DNA of 64,000 nt from Candidatus Bathyarchaeia archaeon (GTDB taxonomy: Archaea > Thermoproteota > Bathyarchaeia > 40CM-2-53-6), in assembly GCA_049513715.1 (NCBI GenBank), contig JBEKVV010000001.1, forward strand, positions 448,001 through 512,000, written 5' to 3'. Under the pieces are notes generated by a model that saw only the letters and a list, made by a program, of their open reading frames with translations, was not told the DNA's origin and ran no database searches. Shown piece after piece: positions 27,868 through 38,438 of the stretch. How positions within the stretch are numbered: the stretch's first letter is position 1; the number at the start of each line of letters is the position of its first letter. The translations under genes were made by a program, and so were the position numbers.

Positions 27868-29226
27868 TTATTTGTAGGAAACGGCAACCGGCTTCACCTC
27901 TCCCGTAGATTCAAAGTTCCACAAAGAATCATGCTTTCTGTCCTCTCTTCGATGATATACGTCCAAACATCCTTCATCTGCAAGCCAGGACACGACGCCA
28001 GCGCAAAAAGCAGGCGCCCCGGTTGCTGCAGCTCCTCCATAGAGAATACTTAACGAAGAAGAACCTTTCAATAGCATTGAATTTACAAATTTATGTCTGT
28101 CATCTATAAGCTCCCATTGAATTCCTGAGCATCCTTTCCCTTCTACCATTCTTTCGTCCAGATTGGGTATACAATTTTTTAGATATCGGACCATACTTTC
28201 TTTTGAGTTTGCTCTTCTCCATTCACTCCAAGCAAAGTAGACGAACTGCCTCTTTGTGAACAACTTGAGCCGTTGTGTAAATGGATTTCGGAAAATTGTG
28301 TCCATTGCGGTTCCCAAATCCTCTGAAAAGCCCTTGTATGCATAGGGACCCAGGACTGGGACAGCCGTAGGTCCTAACTCCTTTCTCCAACCACTTATGC
28401 AGTTGTATCGCGTTACAAGATGTGGACCCATATAGGCTATGTCTATTCCTTCAACCCCATGTCTGGTGACGGGGTAGATATTTCTGGTGATTTTAGACAC
28501 GACCGGTCCATCTACTGTCCAATATGTGCCTTTGAGATGCAACTCAGCGTACTGTTTTCCCAAACCGAGCATGCGCGCCAACTTCAGAGCCGCTGCTCCG
28601 GCGGCGTTGATGAGTAAAGAACAAGTTACAAAGGATATCGAACCACTGGCAACATCATGTAGCTCTATCTCAACTCCTTCCGGCATCTCGCGGATTCTAT
28701 GAACTTCTACTCCTCCACCGAATTTGATGCCATTCTGCCTGGCCAGAGCAAAGACTTGGTCACATAGGTCACCGTAAGATGTCATCGATTCTCTTTTGGA
28801 TACCAGTCCCAACACGCATTGAACTTCTGGTTCCAGTTTCTTGATGCCAGCACCGTCCAATAGTTCCATCTCCTCTTCCGTCATGCCGTTCAATCGTCCC
28901 CATTTCTCATATTGCCGGATAAGAAATGCGTCCTCTTCCTCGAATGCGAGCGTGATTCGACCAAGCTCTTTCCACGGTAAGACGTACTCCTGCGCTAGAC
29001 GCTGCCAAAGATGGTAAGACTTTTCCCACCATTTGCCCTGATTACCCTCCGGGTCTAAAAATACGGGCCTGTGGACTCCGCCCGTGTTTCGTGAAGTTTG
29101 ATGGAACCCCACACCCGCCTCCTTGTCTACAAGCATGATTGAACAGTCATATAACTCAGATAACCAGAACGCCAAATTCACCCCAATCACACCAGCACCG
29201 ATTATTATGATGTCGTATCTAGCCAC
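27868..29226 (-). CDS. FAD-dependent oxidoreductase, L-2-hydroxyglutarate oxidase (LhgO)-like
   Basis: IIGAGVIG, HQTSRNTGGVH, INAAG, LGPTA. Confidence 0.8.
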   Translation of the reverse strand: MARYDIIIIGAGVIGVNLAFWLSELYDCSIMLVDKEAGVGFHQTSRNTGGVHRPVFLDPEGNQGKWWEKSYHLWQRLAQEYVLPWKELGRITLAFEEEDAFLIRQYEKWGRLNGMTEEEMELLDGAGIKKLEPEVQCVLGLVSKRESMTSYGDLCDQVFALARQNGIKFGGGVEVHRIREMPEGVEIELHDVASGSISFVTCSLLINAAGAAALKLARMLGLGKQYAELHLKGTYWTVDGPVVSKITRNIYPVTRHGVEGIDIAYMGPHLVTRYNCISGWRKELGPTAVPVLGPYAYKGFSEDLGTAMDTIFRNPFTQRLKLFTKRQFVYFAWSEWRRANSKESMVRYLKNCIPNLDERMVEGKGCSGIQWELIDDRHKFVNSMLLKGSSSLSILYGGAAATGAPAFCAGVVSWLADEGCLDVYHRREDRKHDSLWNFESTGEVKPVAVSYK

Positions 29227-29442
29227 GGCGAAAGGTCACCTTTAGGCGATATAAAGCTCCATTCGAGAGGAACATTCAGCAATATGCGGCATTCTTAGTC
29301 CCTTGCACGTCTGATGTCCAGGCTATCTGATGAACCTAGTTGTTGAAAACCAATGCTGTAAAAAGCAAAAGCATCCAAGGGCCAGTGGAATGAGGGCTAA
29401 GATCATTGAACTTGGTTTTGAAAAAAAATCGTAGGAAGGCTA

Positions 29443-29655
29443 CTAGTCGAATGTGACTTTGAAGTATTCTGCGATCTTGAGCGGGTGCCATTGCGAATCA
29501 AAGGCTACGTCTCGCATGTTTCTTATCCGCATGACCGTTCTCGTTCCTTTCCCCATGTCTTCAAGCTTGAAATCCACAATACCATCATATGCCGCTTCCA
29601 GTTGCTTGTATAACGAATCGCTTATCGCTTTTCGCTTATCCGACGAAAGTCCCAA
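29443..29655 (-). pseudogene. C-terminal fragment of a RAD55/KaiC-like ATPase
   Basis: YKQLEAAYDGIVDFK...MRIRNMRDVAFDSQWH; no Walker A. Confidence 0.55.
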
Positions 29656-29686
29656 TTACAACACAGGCGCTCCAGGAGCAACTCGA

Positions 29687-31606
29687 TCAGGCGGGCAACT
29701 TGCCTTTCTGCTCGAGCTCGGCTGCTACTTCGCCTAGTCCTAGTCTCTCCAAAGTGATCCTGTAGGGCCAGCTGGTCTTTGAATCCCATTCGTGGAGTTG
29801 GTAGTATTGGTCGAGCATCATGTCGAGCTCTTGTTTAGAGTTCATCACTTTTCCCCATGCTGATGTGCCAGGCTCGTTCATCAGTCGCCAAGGGAGATCG
29901 TCGATTTCACGGGTAGCACCCTCTCTCACGTTGAAGCACTTCTCCAGCGTGACAATTCTCCTACCTGCCAACATCATGAGCGCCTCATCGGACTCAATAC
30001 CTGTCGCAGCAGTGAAGAAATCCGCCATGGCCTTCGGGCTTACCGAGTAGGCATCGGTCGTGGTGAAGGAACAGAACCCAAGCGCATCGGTCACAGCATA
30101 GCAGTCCTCATGCCATCTAATTATCTCTGGCCTAAATTCGGTGAGGATGGGGGATGCCCACTTCTTGTCACCTGTGATCCGCTCTATCAAAGCTAAAGCT
30201 TCGGGGCTCGCGCCGAACTCGGCGAAGACCTGAGTATGTAGATGATCGGGCCCCCTCGGGTTCACAGCAAAAGCGAGTGCGTATCCCTTGGCTGAACGCG
30301 TTTCTACGCTAGACTGCTCTAACCCTTTAGAGTTGCACATGGCCCATTTCCAAGATTCGTGACCCACCCTTTCAGAGGCTCGCTTGACTCCCTCAGCCAA
30401 AAGATTCCCAATCCTACCCTCTCTGTACCCTATCCTTTGGATTATCTCCACTAGGACTTCGGCGTTGCCGAATGCAACATCAAGGCCATCCATGTCTTCT
30501 TTCCCGAGAAGACCTCGTTCATAGGTTTCCATCGCCCAAGCGATTACGACACCAGTCGATATGGTATCGAGGCCGAGGAGGTTACAATATTCGTTGGCCT
30601 TGATGACAGCCTCGGTATCAATAACGTGACTCTGGCCACCTAAAGATACGAATGATTCATACTCAGGGCCACCTGTATAGGTGCCTTTGAACTTCCCCGT
30701 TCTTATCTCAACATAGCGGTGGCAACTGACGATACAGTCATGGCACCCAATTCTCTTCTTCAGGTAGCCTTTATCCACCAAGTTTTGGCCGGTGAGAGGA
30801 CCAACATTCTCTATCTGACCGTGTTGGAAATTGCGGTTCGGAAGAGCACCAAGGGCATTTACTGCCTCCACTGAGCCAGACGTTCCATACTTGTGTAGAA
30901 GCTGGATCTCGCCTTCCTTGCCTAGCGCCTCTCTGATCTTTATCGACAACTCATAGAACTTCGCTGGGTCATGGAGATTCAGTCTCTTTGTTCCTCTAAC
31001 TACCACCGCCTTGAGCTTCTTGGACCCCATGACAGCCCCGGTGCCTCCTCTGGCAGCTGCATTATACACGGAACTCATGATTGCGGAAAACCGGACCAGC
31101 TTTTCGCCTGCAGGGCCAATGCAGGCCACTTCAGCCTCCTTTTCACCTACGTCCTCCTTTAGTTCTTGATTCGCTCGACGTGCATCCATTCCCCAGAAGC
31201 GCGTTGCATCCCTGATCTCTACAGCGTCGTCATGGATCCATAGATAGACTGGTGTGTTAGAAGAGCCGTGGAGCAGGAGGTGATCGAAGCCTGTAAACCT
31301 GAACTCAGCACCCCAGTGTCCGCCCATACTCGATTTCAAGTAGAGATTAGTTATTGGACCTTTGCAAGTTACTGTAGTTCTCCCGCTTGATGGCGCTCCG
31401 CTTCCAGCGAGCAAACCCGGGCCAAAGATCAGTACGTTCGCTGGCGAGAGGGGGTCAACAGTTTCGTTCACGTGCTTCCATAAAAGCAGAGCGTTTATGC
31501 CTCGCCCGCCAAGGAGGCTGATTAAAGTCTGTTGAGAGAGGTCTTCAACCCACACCCTTCTGTCGTTCAAGTCTACGTGCAGAATTTTGCTGTGATATTC
31601 ATTCAT
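29687..31606 (-). CDS. tungsten aldehyde:ferredoxin oxidoreductase
   Basis: LGGRG, IGPAGEKLV, GAVMGSKKLKA, CHDCIVSC, GPEYE, GLDTIS. Confidence 0.95.
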   Translation of the reverse strand: MNEYHSKILHVDLNDRRVWVEDLSQQTLISLLGGRGINALLLWKHVNETVDPLSPANVLIFGPGLLAGSGAPSSGRTTVTCKGPITNLYLKSSMGGHWGAEFRFTGFDHLLLHGSSNTPVYLWIHDDAVEIRDATRFWGMDARRANQELKEDVGEKEAEVACIGPAGEKLVRFSAIMSSVYNAAARGGTGAVMGSKKLKAVVVRGTKRLNLHDPAKFYELSIKIREALGKEGEIQLLHKYGTSGSVEAVNALGALPNRNFQHGQIENVGPLTGQNLVDKGYLKKRIGCHDCIVSCHRYVEIRTGKFKGTYTGGPEYESFVSLGGQSHVIDTEAVIKANEYCNLLGLDTISTGVVIAWAMETYERGLLGKEDMDGLDVAFGNAEVLVEIIQRIGYREGRIGNLLAEGVKRASERVGHESWKWAMCNSKGLEQSSVETRSAKGYALAFAVNPRGPDHLHTQVFAEFGASPEALALIERITGDKKWASPILTEFRPEIIRWHEDCYAVTDALGFCSFTTTDAYSVSPKAMADFFTAATGIESDEALMMLAGRRIVTLEKCFNVREGATREIDDLPWRLMNEPGTSAWGKVMNSKQELDMMLDQYYQLHEWDSKTSWPYRITLERLGLGEVAAELEQKGKLPA

Positions 31607-32103
31607 GGCCCACTTTCCTCCAATAAAACACGAGCCCTCTCTTCGGCGCGGGACCTCCTATCGGCGAAGTCCCAGTGGATGATGTTTTCAGGGTCGTCTA
31701 TGTCTCCCCATTTCAATGCTCCCGGAGCGCACACTATCGCGCAGGCCGGAACGCCGCCACAGTATTCGCACTTAGCGCACTTCCCCTCGTCGTCGATTCT
31801 AATGACGCTGAAGGGGCAAGCCCAAACACACATCTTGCACCCATTACACAGTTCCCGGTCGACCACATACGCCTGTGTTTCAGGGTGTCTAGTGATGGCG
31901 CCCACAGGACACGCTCTCTCACATGGCGCTGATTCGCACTGCTGACAGATGAAAGGAACGAAGACCGCTTTTGCTTCATCTTTAGAGATCCAGAGCCTTG
32001 AGCGCGACGGATCGATAATACGATTGTTTTGCATCGTACATACGTCAACACATGCCTCACAGCCCGTACATCGGTTAGAGTCGACAATTAACCGGCGACG
32101 CAA
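31603..32103 (-). CDS. 4Fe-4S dicluster protein (AOR partner subunit)
   Basis: Four CxxCxxCxxxC-type motifs. Confidence 0.93.
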   Translation of the reverse strand: MRRRLIVDSNRCTGCEACVDVCTMQNNRIIDPSRSRLWISKDEAKAVFVPFICQQCESAPCERACPVGAITRHPETQAYVVDRELCNGCKMCVWACPFSVIRIDDEGKCAKCEYCGGVPACAIVCAPGALKWGDIDDPENIIHWDFADRRSRAEERARVLLEESGP

Positions 32104-32291
32104 TCTCTGAACCTCTTGGCCCTTGCCTGATGGGGTCTGATGACTTGCACTTTATTCTATTCGCGGCCTTTATTGTATATGAAGTATGAATTGTTCTTAG
32201 TTAAACGCGAAAAGAACTGTTCGCGAACGCTTCACCTTATGCATCAATGTTTTTCTATAGCTGGAGCTCTCCGGTGGGCCTGAAATGCCCC

Positions 32292-32478
32292 TTGGACAGA
32301 TTAGGCTTAGGTTTAGCCGGAGTTCCCTACACCACGCATGAGATCGTGGAGCTCGCCAAGATAGTTGAGGAGAAGGGTTTTGATTCCATATGGGTGGCGG
32401 AAGACTATCTCCTCAGAGATGCCATTACCACTTTGGCGGCTGTCGCGACTGCCACTAGCAGAGTCAGGTTAGGACTAC
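32292..32478 (+). pseudogene. N-terminal fragment of an LLM-class (Mer-like) oxidoreductase
   Basis: AKIVEEKGFDSIWVAED...AVATATSRVRLG, then homology ends. Confidence 0.8.
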
Positions 32479-32513
32479 GCGGGCCAAATCCAATAATGTT
32501 CCCGAACGAAATG

Positions 32514-32656
32514 TCAGCTCTTGCGGAGCCTTGGGTTCAACACCTCATCCAATGCATACCCTAGGCAAGTGAACGCTAAGACTATGAACGCTATGCATAC
32601 ACCCGGAGGAATCACATACCAGTAAGCCCCTGCAAATAAGGCACCACGTGAGAACG
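32514..32656 (-). pseudogene. 3' fragment of an oppC paralogue (near-duplicate of 36540-36682)
   Basis: FSRGALFAGAYWYVIPPGVCIAFIVLAFTCLGYALDEVLNPRLRKS. Confidence 0.85.
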
Positions 32657-32657
32657 T

Positions 32658-33191
32658 CCGTCTGCGATGTCTGGGGGCGTAAGCGACTCCAAACTTCCAG
32701 ATATCCAAGCAGGTTTCGAGAGTGCCCTATCGATGCTGACAACCGTTCTAGCTGGAGCCCACTGGACCAGAGTGGTTGCTGGAGCTCTTGAGTATCATTT
32801 CACTGCATCATATGAGATGCTCGTGATTCATGATGAAATGTTCGGAATGGCGCTGAGAATCGCACGCGGAATGGAAATAAACGAGGACACGATGGCAACA
32901 TCACTGATCAAGACCATAGCCCCTCTCGGTGGGCATTACATGGCGGAGAAGCATACCCTTGACCACATAACCAGTGAGAGATACCTACCAAAAATCAGTG
33001 ACAAGCGCACGCGAGGAGACTGGGAAAAAGCAGGTTCAAAGAATTTGGCTCACGTCGCAAAGGACCGCGTCAAACACATTCTGGCAACTCATCAACCAGA
33101 CCCTCCTTTGCCCAAGGATATTCAGAAAGAACTTGATGCGACGAAAACTGAAATAGAGAAAAGACTTGTCAAGGCGAAAGTGTCAGCCTAA
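32658..33191 (+). pseudogene. C-terminal fragment of an MttB-superfamily (trimethylamine methyltransferase) protein, non-pyrrolysine type
   Basis: PSAMSGGVSDSKLPDIQAGFE, AGALE, GGHYMAEKHT, WEKAG; N-terminal two thirds missing. Confidence 0.85.
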
Positions 33192-33288
33192 GAATCTTCT
33201 TCATCTTCAAGTCATTTCCATCATAAGAGAGAGGGCAAAAATCTTATCTCTGATCAACTGGAACGGAGACGAATGAGTGTAGAGCAAT

Positions 33289-34506
33289 CTGCTAGACCTC
33301 AAAGAAGTCATTATCGACGTAGTCGATTCCCTTAAGACGAGAATATTTGAGGTGAGCGAGACTATTCATGCAAACCCGGAGCTGGGACTCAAGGAGTTCA
33401 AAGCATCAGAACTTCTATCTTCAATTTTGGAAAAAACCGGTTTCGCGGTGGAACGCGGGATTGGGGGAATGCCTACAGCCTTCAAGGCCACCTTCTCTGC
33501 AGGCCGTTCGGGTCCGCACTTGGCATATCTAGCAGAGTACGATGCGCTCCCCGAAATTGGACACGGGTGCGGCCACAACATTATTGGAACCTCAGCAGTC
33601 TTTTCGGCAATCTCTTTGAGCAAGCTCTCTGAGAAACTGAGTGGACAGATCACGGTTTTTGGGACCCCCGACGAGGAGGGCACGGGAGGCAAGATACCGA
33701 TAGTCAAAGCAGGTTTCTTTGGAGACGTTGACGCGGCAATAATGACACACCCCTGGAATCTCACGTCCCCCTGGATGCCGTCAGTTGGCGTAGCAAGTCT
33801 CACTATCAATTTCACTGGAAAATCAGCCCATTACTCTACCCCACATAGAGGGGCGAACGCACTTGACGGCGTGGTTCTGACTCTTGCAGCGCTGAACGGT
33901 CTCCGACACAACTTCAGAAATGACGTCGTCTACGGATACACAATTGACCAAGGTGGTGTTAGCCCCAGCATCATTCCAGAGAAGGCCAGTGCCAGGTTGT
34001 GGATCAAGTCGACAGATTTGCGAAACCTAACAGAGGTTGTGGACCGGGTAAAAGCATGCGCCGAGGGCATCGCCAAATCCTTAGGCGCCAGAGTCACGGT
34101 TGAGCATCAGTATCCTCTGTTCGAAGAGTCAATCCCTAACCTGACATTAATGCATGAACTCTCGATGAATTTCACACGACTCGGTATTCCTTTCAAGGCT
34201 CCCGAGGAAACATCTCGTTCACTGGTTTATGTTTCAACGGATTACGGTAACGTAAGTCATGTTGTTCCAGGCATATCGCCGGCGATATCTATAGGCCCCG
34301 AAACCCTCAGCGCGCATACTCCTGAGTTCGCGGAAGCCGCAATTTCCAAGAGAGGCACTGATGCCCTGGTTGAGATCACCAAAGCCATGGCGATGACCGG
34401 CGCGGACGTTCTCAGTAGACCAGAAGTCGTTGAATTGGCTAAGAGAGAATTCCTGAAATACAAAGCATCTGGGTTCAGTGACGTGCCCTTGGCACCAATC
34501 TACTAA
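33289..34506 (+). CDS. M20 family amidohydrolase (AbgB/PM20D2-like)
   Basis: NPELGLKE, AEYDALP, HGCGHN, GTPDEEG, STDYGNVS; frame is open upstream of 33352 back to a CTG. Confidence 0.9.
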   Translation: MLDLKEVIIDVVDSLKTRIFEVSETIHANPELGLKEFKASELLSSILEKTGFAVERGIGGMPTAFKATFSAGRSGPHLAYLAEYDALPEIGHGCGHNIIGTSAVFSAISLSKLSEKLSGQITVFGTPDEEGTGGKIPIVKAGFFGDVDAAIMTHPWNLTSPWMPSVGVASLTINFTGKSAHYSTPHRGANALDGVVLTLAALNGLRHNFRNDVVYGYTIDQGGVSPSIIPEKASARLWIKSTDLRNLTEVVDRVKACAEGIAKSLGARVTVEHQYPLFEESIPNLTLMHELSMNFTRLGIPFKAPEETSRSLVYVSTDYGNVSHVVPGISPAISIGPETLSAHTPEFAEAAISKRGTDALVEITKAMAMTGADVLSRPEVVELAKREFLKYKASGFSDVPLAPIY

Positions 34507-34519
34507 GGAATGATGGATT

Positions 34520-35476
34520 TTGTCCGAACCGCTCCTCAGAGTGGAAAACCTGAGGACGTGCTACTTCACCAAGGAAGGAGAGACCAATGCTGTAGATGGG
34601 GTCAGCTTCCAACTACTCAAAGGGCAGACGCTGGGTATAACAGGTGAGTCAGGTTGCGGAAAGAGCACTTTGGCGCATTCGGTGCTTAGACTGTTGCCGC
34701 GCTCTGCCAGAGTCGTTTCGGGGACAATTAGCTACAAGGGCCTTGATTTAGTATCTGCATCTGAAGCTAAGCTTAGGGAGATTAGGTGGCGAAGAATCTC
34801 CCTGATTTTTCAAGCTGCTATGAACGCGCTCAACCCGGTTCGCTGTGTTGGAGAGCAGATATCTGAAGTCATCATTTATCATGAGAAAACTACAAAGCGC
34901 GAAGCTCGGAGGCGGACCAAGCGCTTATTCGAAATGGTTGGACTCGACTCTGCAAGGATGAACGACTATCCGCACGAATTCAGTGGCGGTATGAGACAGA
35001 GGATTGTAATTGCGATGGCTATCGCCTGTGAACCTGACCTCATCATAGCTGATGAACCAGCGACTGCTTTGGATGTTCTTGTGCAAGCTCAAATCCTCGA
35101 CCTTCTGGATTCGCTGAAACGAGAATTGAAAATCTCGATGATACTCATCACTCATGACCTCTCAGTGGTGAAGGAACTGAGCGACTTTGTTGCTGTAATG
35201 TACGCGGGCAAAGTCGTGGAATATGCACCAGTAGACTTAATCCTCAAGGACCCCCACCACCCGTACACGAGGGCATTAATTCAGGCCCTTCCGCAAATCA
35301 GCGGAGGTAGACATAGCCTCAAGTCGTTAGCTGGTACACCACCGAACCTAATTCATCCACCCCCTGGATGTAGATTCCATCCGCGATGCCCCTTTGTTAT
35401 GGACAGGTGCAAAGTAGAGGAACCACCGTTAGCAGAACATGGAACAAACCATAGGTCAGCCTGTTTCTTGCCGTGA
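34520..35476 (+). CDS. peptide/nickel ABC transporter ATPase (OppD/DppD)
   Basis: GESGCGKS, YPHEFSGGMRQR, GCRFHPRC. Confidence 0.95.
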   Translation: MSEPLLRVENLRTCYFTKEGETNAVDGVSFQLLKGQTLGITGESGCGKSTLAHSVLRLLPRSARVVSGTISYKGLDLVSASEAKLREIRWRRISLIFQAAMNALNPVRCVGEQISEVIIYHEKTTKREARRRTKRLFEMVGLDSARMNDYPHEFSGGMRQRIVIAMAIACEPDLIIADEPATALDVLVQAQILDLLDSLKRELKISMILITHDLSVVKELSDFVAVMYAGKVVEYAPVDLILKDPHHPYTRALIQALPQISGGRHSLKSLAGTPPNLIHPPPGCRFHPRCPFVMDRCKVEEPPLAEHGTNHRSACFLP

Positions 35477-35482
35477 TACGAC

Positions 35483-36520
35483 TTGACGCCACCTAGTCAC
35501 GAAACGGACCCTTCGAACGACGAAAACGAGCCGGTAGTTGCAGTTGACGGCTTGAAGGTCTGGTTTCCTGTTAGGTCTGGCGTTCTATCCGGTTTGTTGC
35601 GAAAACCTGAGAAGTATGTGCACGCCGTTGATGGTGTGAAACTTGACATAAGGAAACACGAAATATTCTGTCTTGCTGGCGAGAGCGGGAGCGGAAAATC
35701 AACCACCGGCCTAGCAATACTCAGACTAGTCGATCCAACGGAAGGCAGTGTCGTATTCAAGGGAGAGGAGATTCTCACTCTCAAGAAGAAGCAACTGAAG
35801 AAGATTCGTCGCTGGATGCAGATGATTTTCCAAGATCCCTACGAGTCACTTAACCCTCGGATGACCGTATTCGATGCCGTGGCTGAGCCTCTCGAGATCC
35901 ACGGCCTTACTAGGTCGGAGAAAGAGAAGCGAGGCCGAGTTGTCGAACTCTTGCAAAGCGTGGAACTGACGCCGCCTGAGAACTTCATCCATAAGTTTCC
36001 ACATGAACTTAGCGGCGGACAACGTCAGCGCGTGGCCATCGCCGCAGCATTAGCTCTGAACCCGGAATTTCTTGTTGCGGATGAACCTGTTTCCATGCTT
36101 GACCTCTCGATTAGAGCGGAGATTCTGAACTTGTTGCTATCGTTGAGAGACAAACTGGGTCTCGCAATTTTGTTCATTACCCATGACCTTTCCACAGCTT
36201 ATCACATCGCCGACCGGATCGCCATAATGTACCTTGGCAAGGTCATGGAGATGGGTTCAGCTGAAGACGTGATAACCAATTCGCTGCATCCCTACACCAA
36301 AGCTCTAATCGCCGCTATTCCCGGCACAGAAAGTAAGGAACAGCTATGGAGAAAGATCACCAAAGCGGAGATTCCTAGCGCCATCAATATTCCGTCCGGT
36401 TGTCGATTTCACGACCGTTGCCCATACGCCACAGACAAGTGCAGCGCTCAGCAACCTGAGCTCGTTGAGCTACGCCCAGGCCATTTGGTGGCATGCCACT
36501 ACGCGGACCAAATCCAGTAA
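35483..36520 (+). CDS. peptide ABC transporter ATPase (OppF/DppF)
   Basis: GESGSGKST, QDPYESLNPR, LSGGQRQR, ACH. Confidence 0.95.
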   Translation: MTPPSHETDPSNDENEPVVAVDGLKVWFPVRSGVLSGLLRKPEKYVHAVDGVKLDIRKHEIFCLAGESGSGKSTTGLAILRLVDPTEGSVVFKGEEILTLKKKQLKKIRRWMQMIFQDPYESLNPRMTVFDAVAEPLEIHGLTRSEKEKRGRVVELLQSVELTPPENFIHKFPHELSGGQRQRVAIAAALALNPEFLVADEPVSMLDLSIRAEILNLLLSLRDKLGLAILFITHDLSTAYHIADRIAIMYLGKVMEMGSAEDVITNSLHPYTKALIAAIPGTESKEQLWRKITKAEIPSAINIPSGCRFHDRCPYATDKCSAQQPELVELRPGHLVACHYADQIQ

Positions 36521-36539
36521 TATCTACTAGAACACAATG

Positions 36540-37418
36540 TCAGCCCTTGCGGAGCCTCGGGTTGAGTACCTCATCGAATGCATACCCTAGGCAGGTGAAC
36601 GCCAAGACTATGAGCGCTATGCATATACCCGGGGGAATCACATACCAGTAAGCCCCAGCGAATAGGGCGCCACGTGAGAACGCAAAGTTCAGCATTGTTC
36701 CCCAGCTCAGCCGCGTTGGGTCACCCAGACCTAGGAAACTAATAGTGGCCTCCGACAGGATCGCTGAACCAATAACCAAGACTGTGTTAGCGAAAAGCAG
36801 CGGCAGAATACCGGGCAAGACGTGGCGCAATATTATGTGGCGTTCAGATGCGCCTAGGGAACGAGCCCGCAACGTATATGACAGCTCACGTATAACCAAC
36901 GTTTGTGAACGGGCAATTCTAGCGGTTCCGGGCCAACCAAGAATTCCGATAACGAAGATAACATTCCAGATGGTTGAGCCCAACAGAGCAGCTAGTATTA
37001 TGATCAATGGAAGCGCGGGAATGATCAAGAAGATATCGATGAAACGAACCAGCACTGTCCCCAATATTCCACGGTAGTATCCTGAAAGCAAGCCAACGAT
37101 GGTCCCTACGACCACCGATATTGTTGCTGCCAACAATCCAACAAGGAGCGATACACCCGCGCCCTTCAAAACTTGGCTCAGCACATCGCGGCCAACATCG
37201 TCCGTCCCGAAAGGATGAGCCCACGATGGTGGATTGAGGATCTCCGCGAAGGTGCCCACGCCCGATGTCTCGTAAGGCGTAAAGAAATTGCCAATCAGCG
37301 CCATAATAACGAAAACCACTAGCATGACCAAGCCAATCATGCCTAGAGAATTTGCGCGGAAGACATTCCACAAGCCTGCGAATTGTCTCTTGTAGATTCC
37401 GAACTTTTCGGTGTACAT
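36540..37418 (-). CDS. peptide ABC transporter permease (OppC/DppC)
   Basis: HPFGTDDVGRD, ARSLGA, SFLGLG. Confidence 0.93.
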   Translation of the reverse strand: MYTEKFGIYKRQFAGLWNVFRANSLGMIGLVMLVVFVIMALIGNFFTPYETSGVGTFAEILNPPSWAHPFGTDDVGRDVLSQVLKGAGVSLLVGLLAATISVVVGTIVGLLSGYYRGILGTVLVRFIDIFLIIPALPLIIILAALLGSTIWNVIFVIGILGWPGTARIARSQTLVIRELSYTLRARSLGASERHIILRHVLPGILPLLFANTVLVIGSAILSEATISFLGLGDPTRLSWGTMLNFAFSRGALFAGAYWYVIPPGICIALIVLAFTCLGYAFDEVLNPRLRKG

Positions 37419-37420
37419 GA

Positions 37421-38392
37421 TCAATACCTGACTCGCGGGTCGAGGTAAGCGTAGCACAGGTCGGTAATGAGGTTGGCAATGATCACGCTTACGGATATCG
37501 CCAAGAAAGCGCCTTCTAGGACAGGGTAATCGCGCGTCGCTATGGACTCAAAGACTAGGCGACCGATTCCCGGGTAAGAAAACACGGTCTCTGTCTGAAT
37601 CGCTCCTCCAACAATCAAGCCGATGTTGAGTCCGATCAACGTGACCAGTGGAAGGAGCGCGTTCTTGAAAACGTGATCTCGAATTATCTTGACATCACCG
37701 AAACCCTTCGCCTTCGCGGTGAGGATGTAATCTTGGACACATACATCCACCACTGAGCTACGCATGATCAAGGCATACTGCCCGACTAAGACCAAGGTCA
37801 GAACAACGGTCGGCAGGAAGAGGTGTGCGCCGAGGTCGGAGAGATATGGGAGAAGGCCCTCGTTTTGCACGCCATAGGATGCGATTCCTGATGTTGGAAA
37901 CCATCCCATCATCACCGCGAAGAACATTATGAAAACCATGCCGAGCCAGAATACTGGGAGCGAGTAGACGAACATAGATGAAAGAAGAGCACCGCCCTCG
38001 AATTTGCTGCCTCGTTTCCAACCAGCCAGAGTTCCGATAAGTGTCCCGATTACGATCGAAAGAATTGTCGCCGGGGTGACCAAAATCAGTGTGTTCATAA
38101 GTCGTTCGCTGACGAGGACGGTTACCGGTATTTTGTAGACAAGTGAGATACCAAGATTGCCAGAAAAAATGTTTTGGATGTATAAGAAGAACTGAACATA
38201 AAGCGGGGCATCAAGTCCGTAAGCGTGCGCCATCTCCTGCCTCATTTCTGGAGGCATCCTAGGATCCCTCAGGAGAAGGGCGAAGGGGTTACCTGGCATA
38301 GCATGAAAAAGGAGGAAGTTTAGGAGGATGATGGCGAGGAATGTTATGATGGCCGGTATCACGCGACGTGAAGCGTACTGCATTAGCCCCAT
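37421..38392 (-). CDS. peptide ABC transporter permease (OppB/DppB)
   Basis: MPGNP, DYILTAKAKG, ETVFSYPGIG, DPRVR. Confidence 0.95.
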   Translation of the reverse strand: MGLMQYASRRVIPAIITFLAIILLNFLLFHAMPGNPFALLLRDPRMPPEMRQEMAHAYGLDAPLYVQFFLYIQNIFSGNLGISLVYKIPVTVLVSERLMNTLILVTPATILSIVIGTLIGTLAGWKRGSKFEGGALLSSMFVYSLPVFWLGMVFIMFFAVMMGWFPTSGIASYGVQNEGLLPYLSDLGAHLFLPTVVLTLVLVGQYALIMRSSVVDVCVQDYILTAKAKGFGDVKIIRDHVFKNALLPLVTLIGLNIGLIVGGAIQTETVFSYPGIGRLVFESIATRDYPVLEGAFLAISVSVIIANLITDLCYAYLDPRVRY

Positions 38393-38438
38393 CAGTGTCC
38401 CTCGTGGGCACTTTCCAAGATCGCTCTTATGTTATGTT

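Noticed and set aside
32514..36682. oppC 3'-end duplicate as a DGR TR/VR pair
   Set aside because: Changes are mostly synonymous and not A-biased; it is a paralogue fragment
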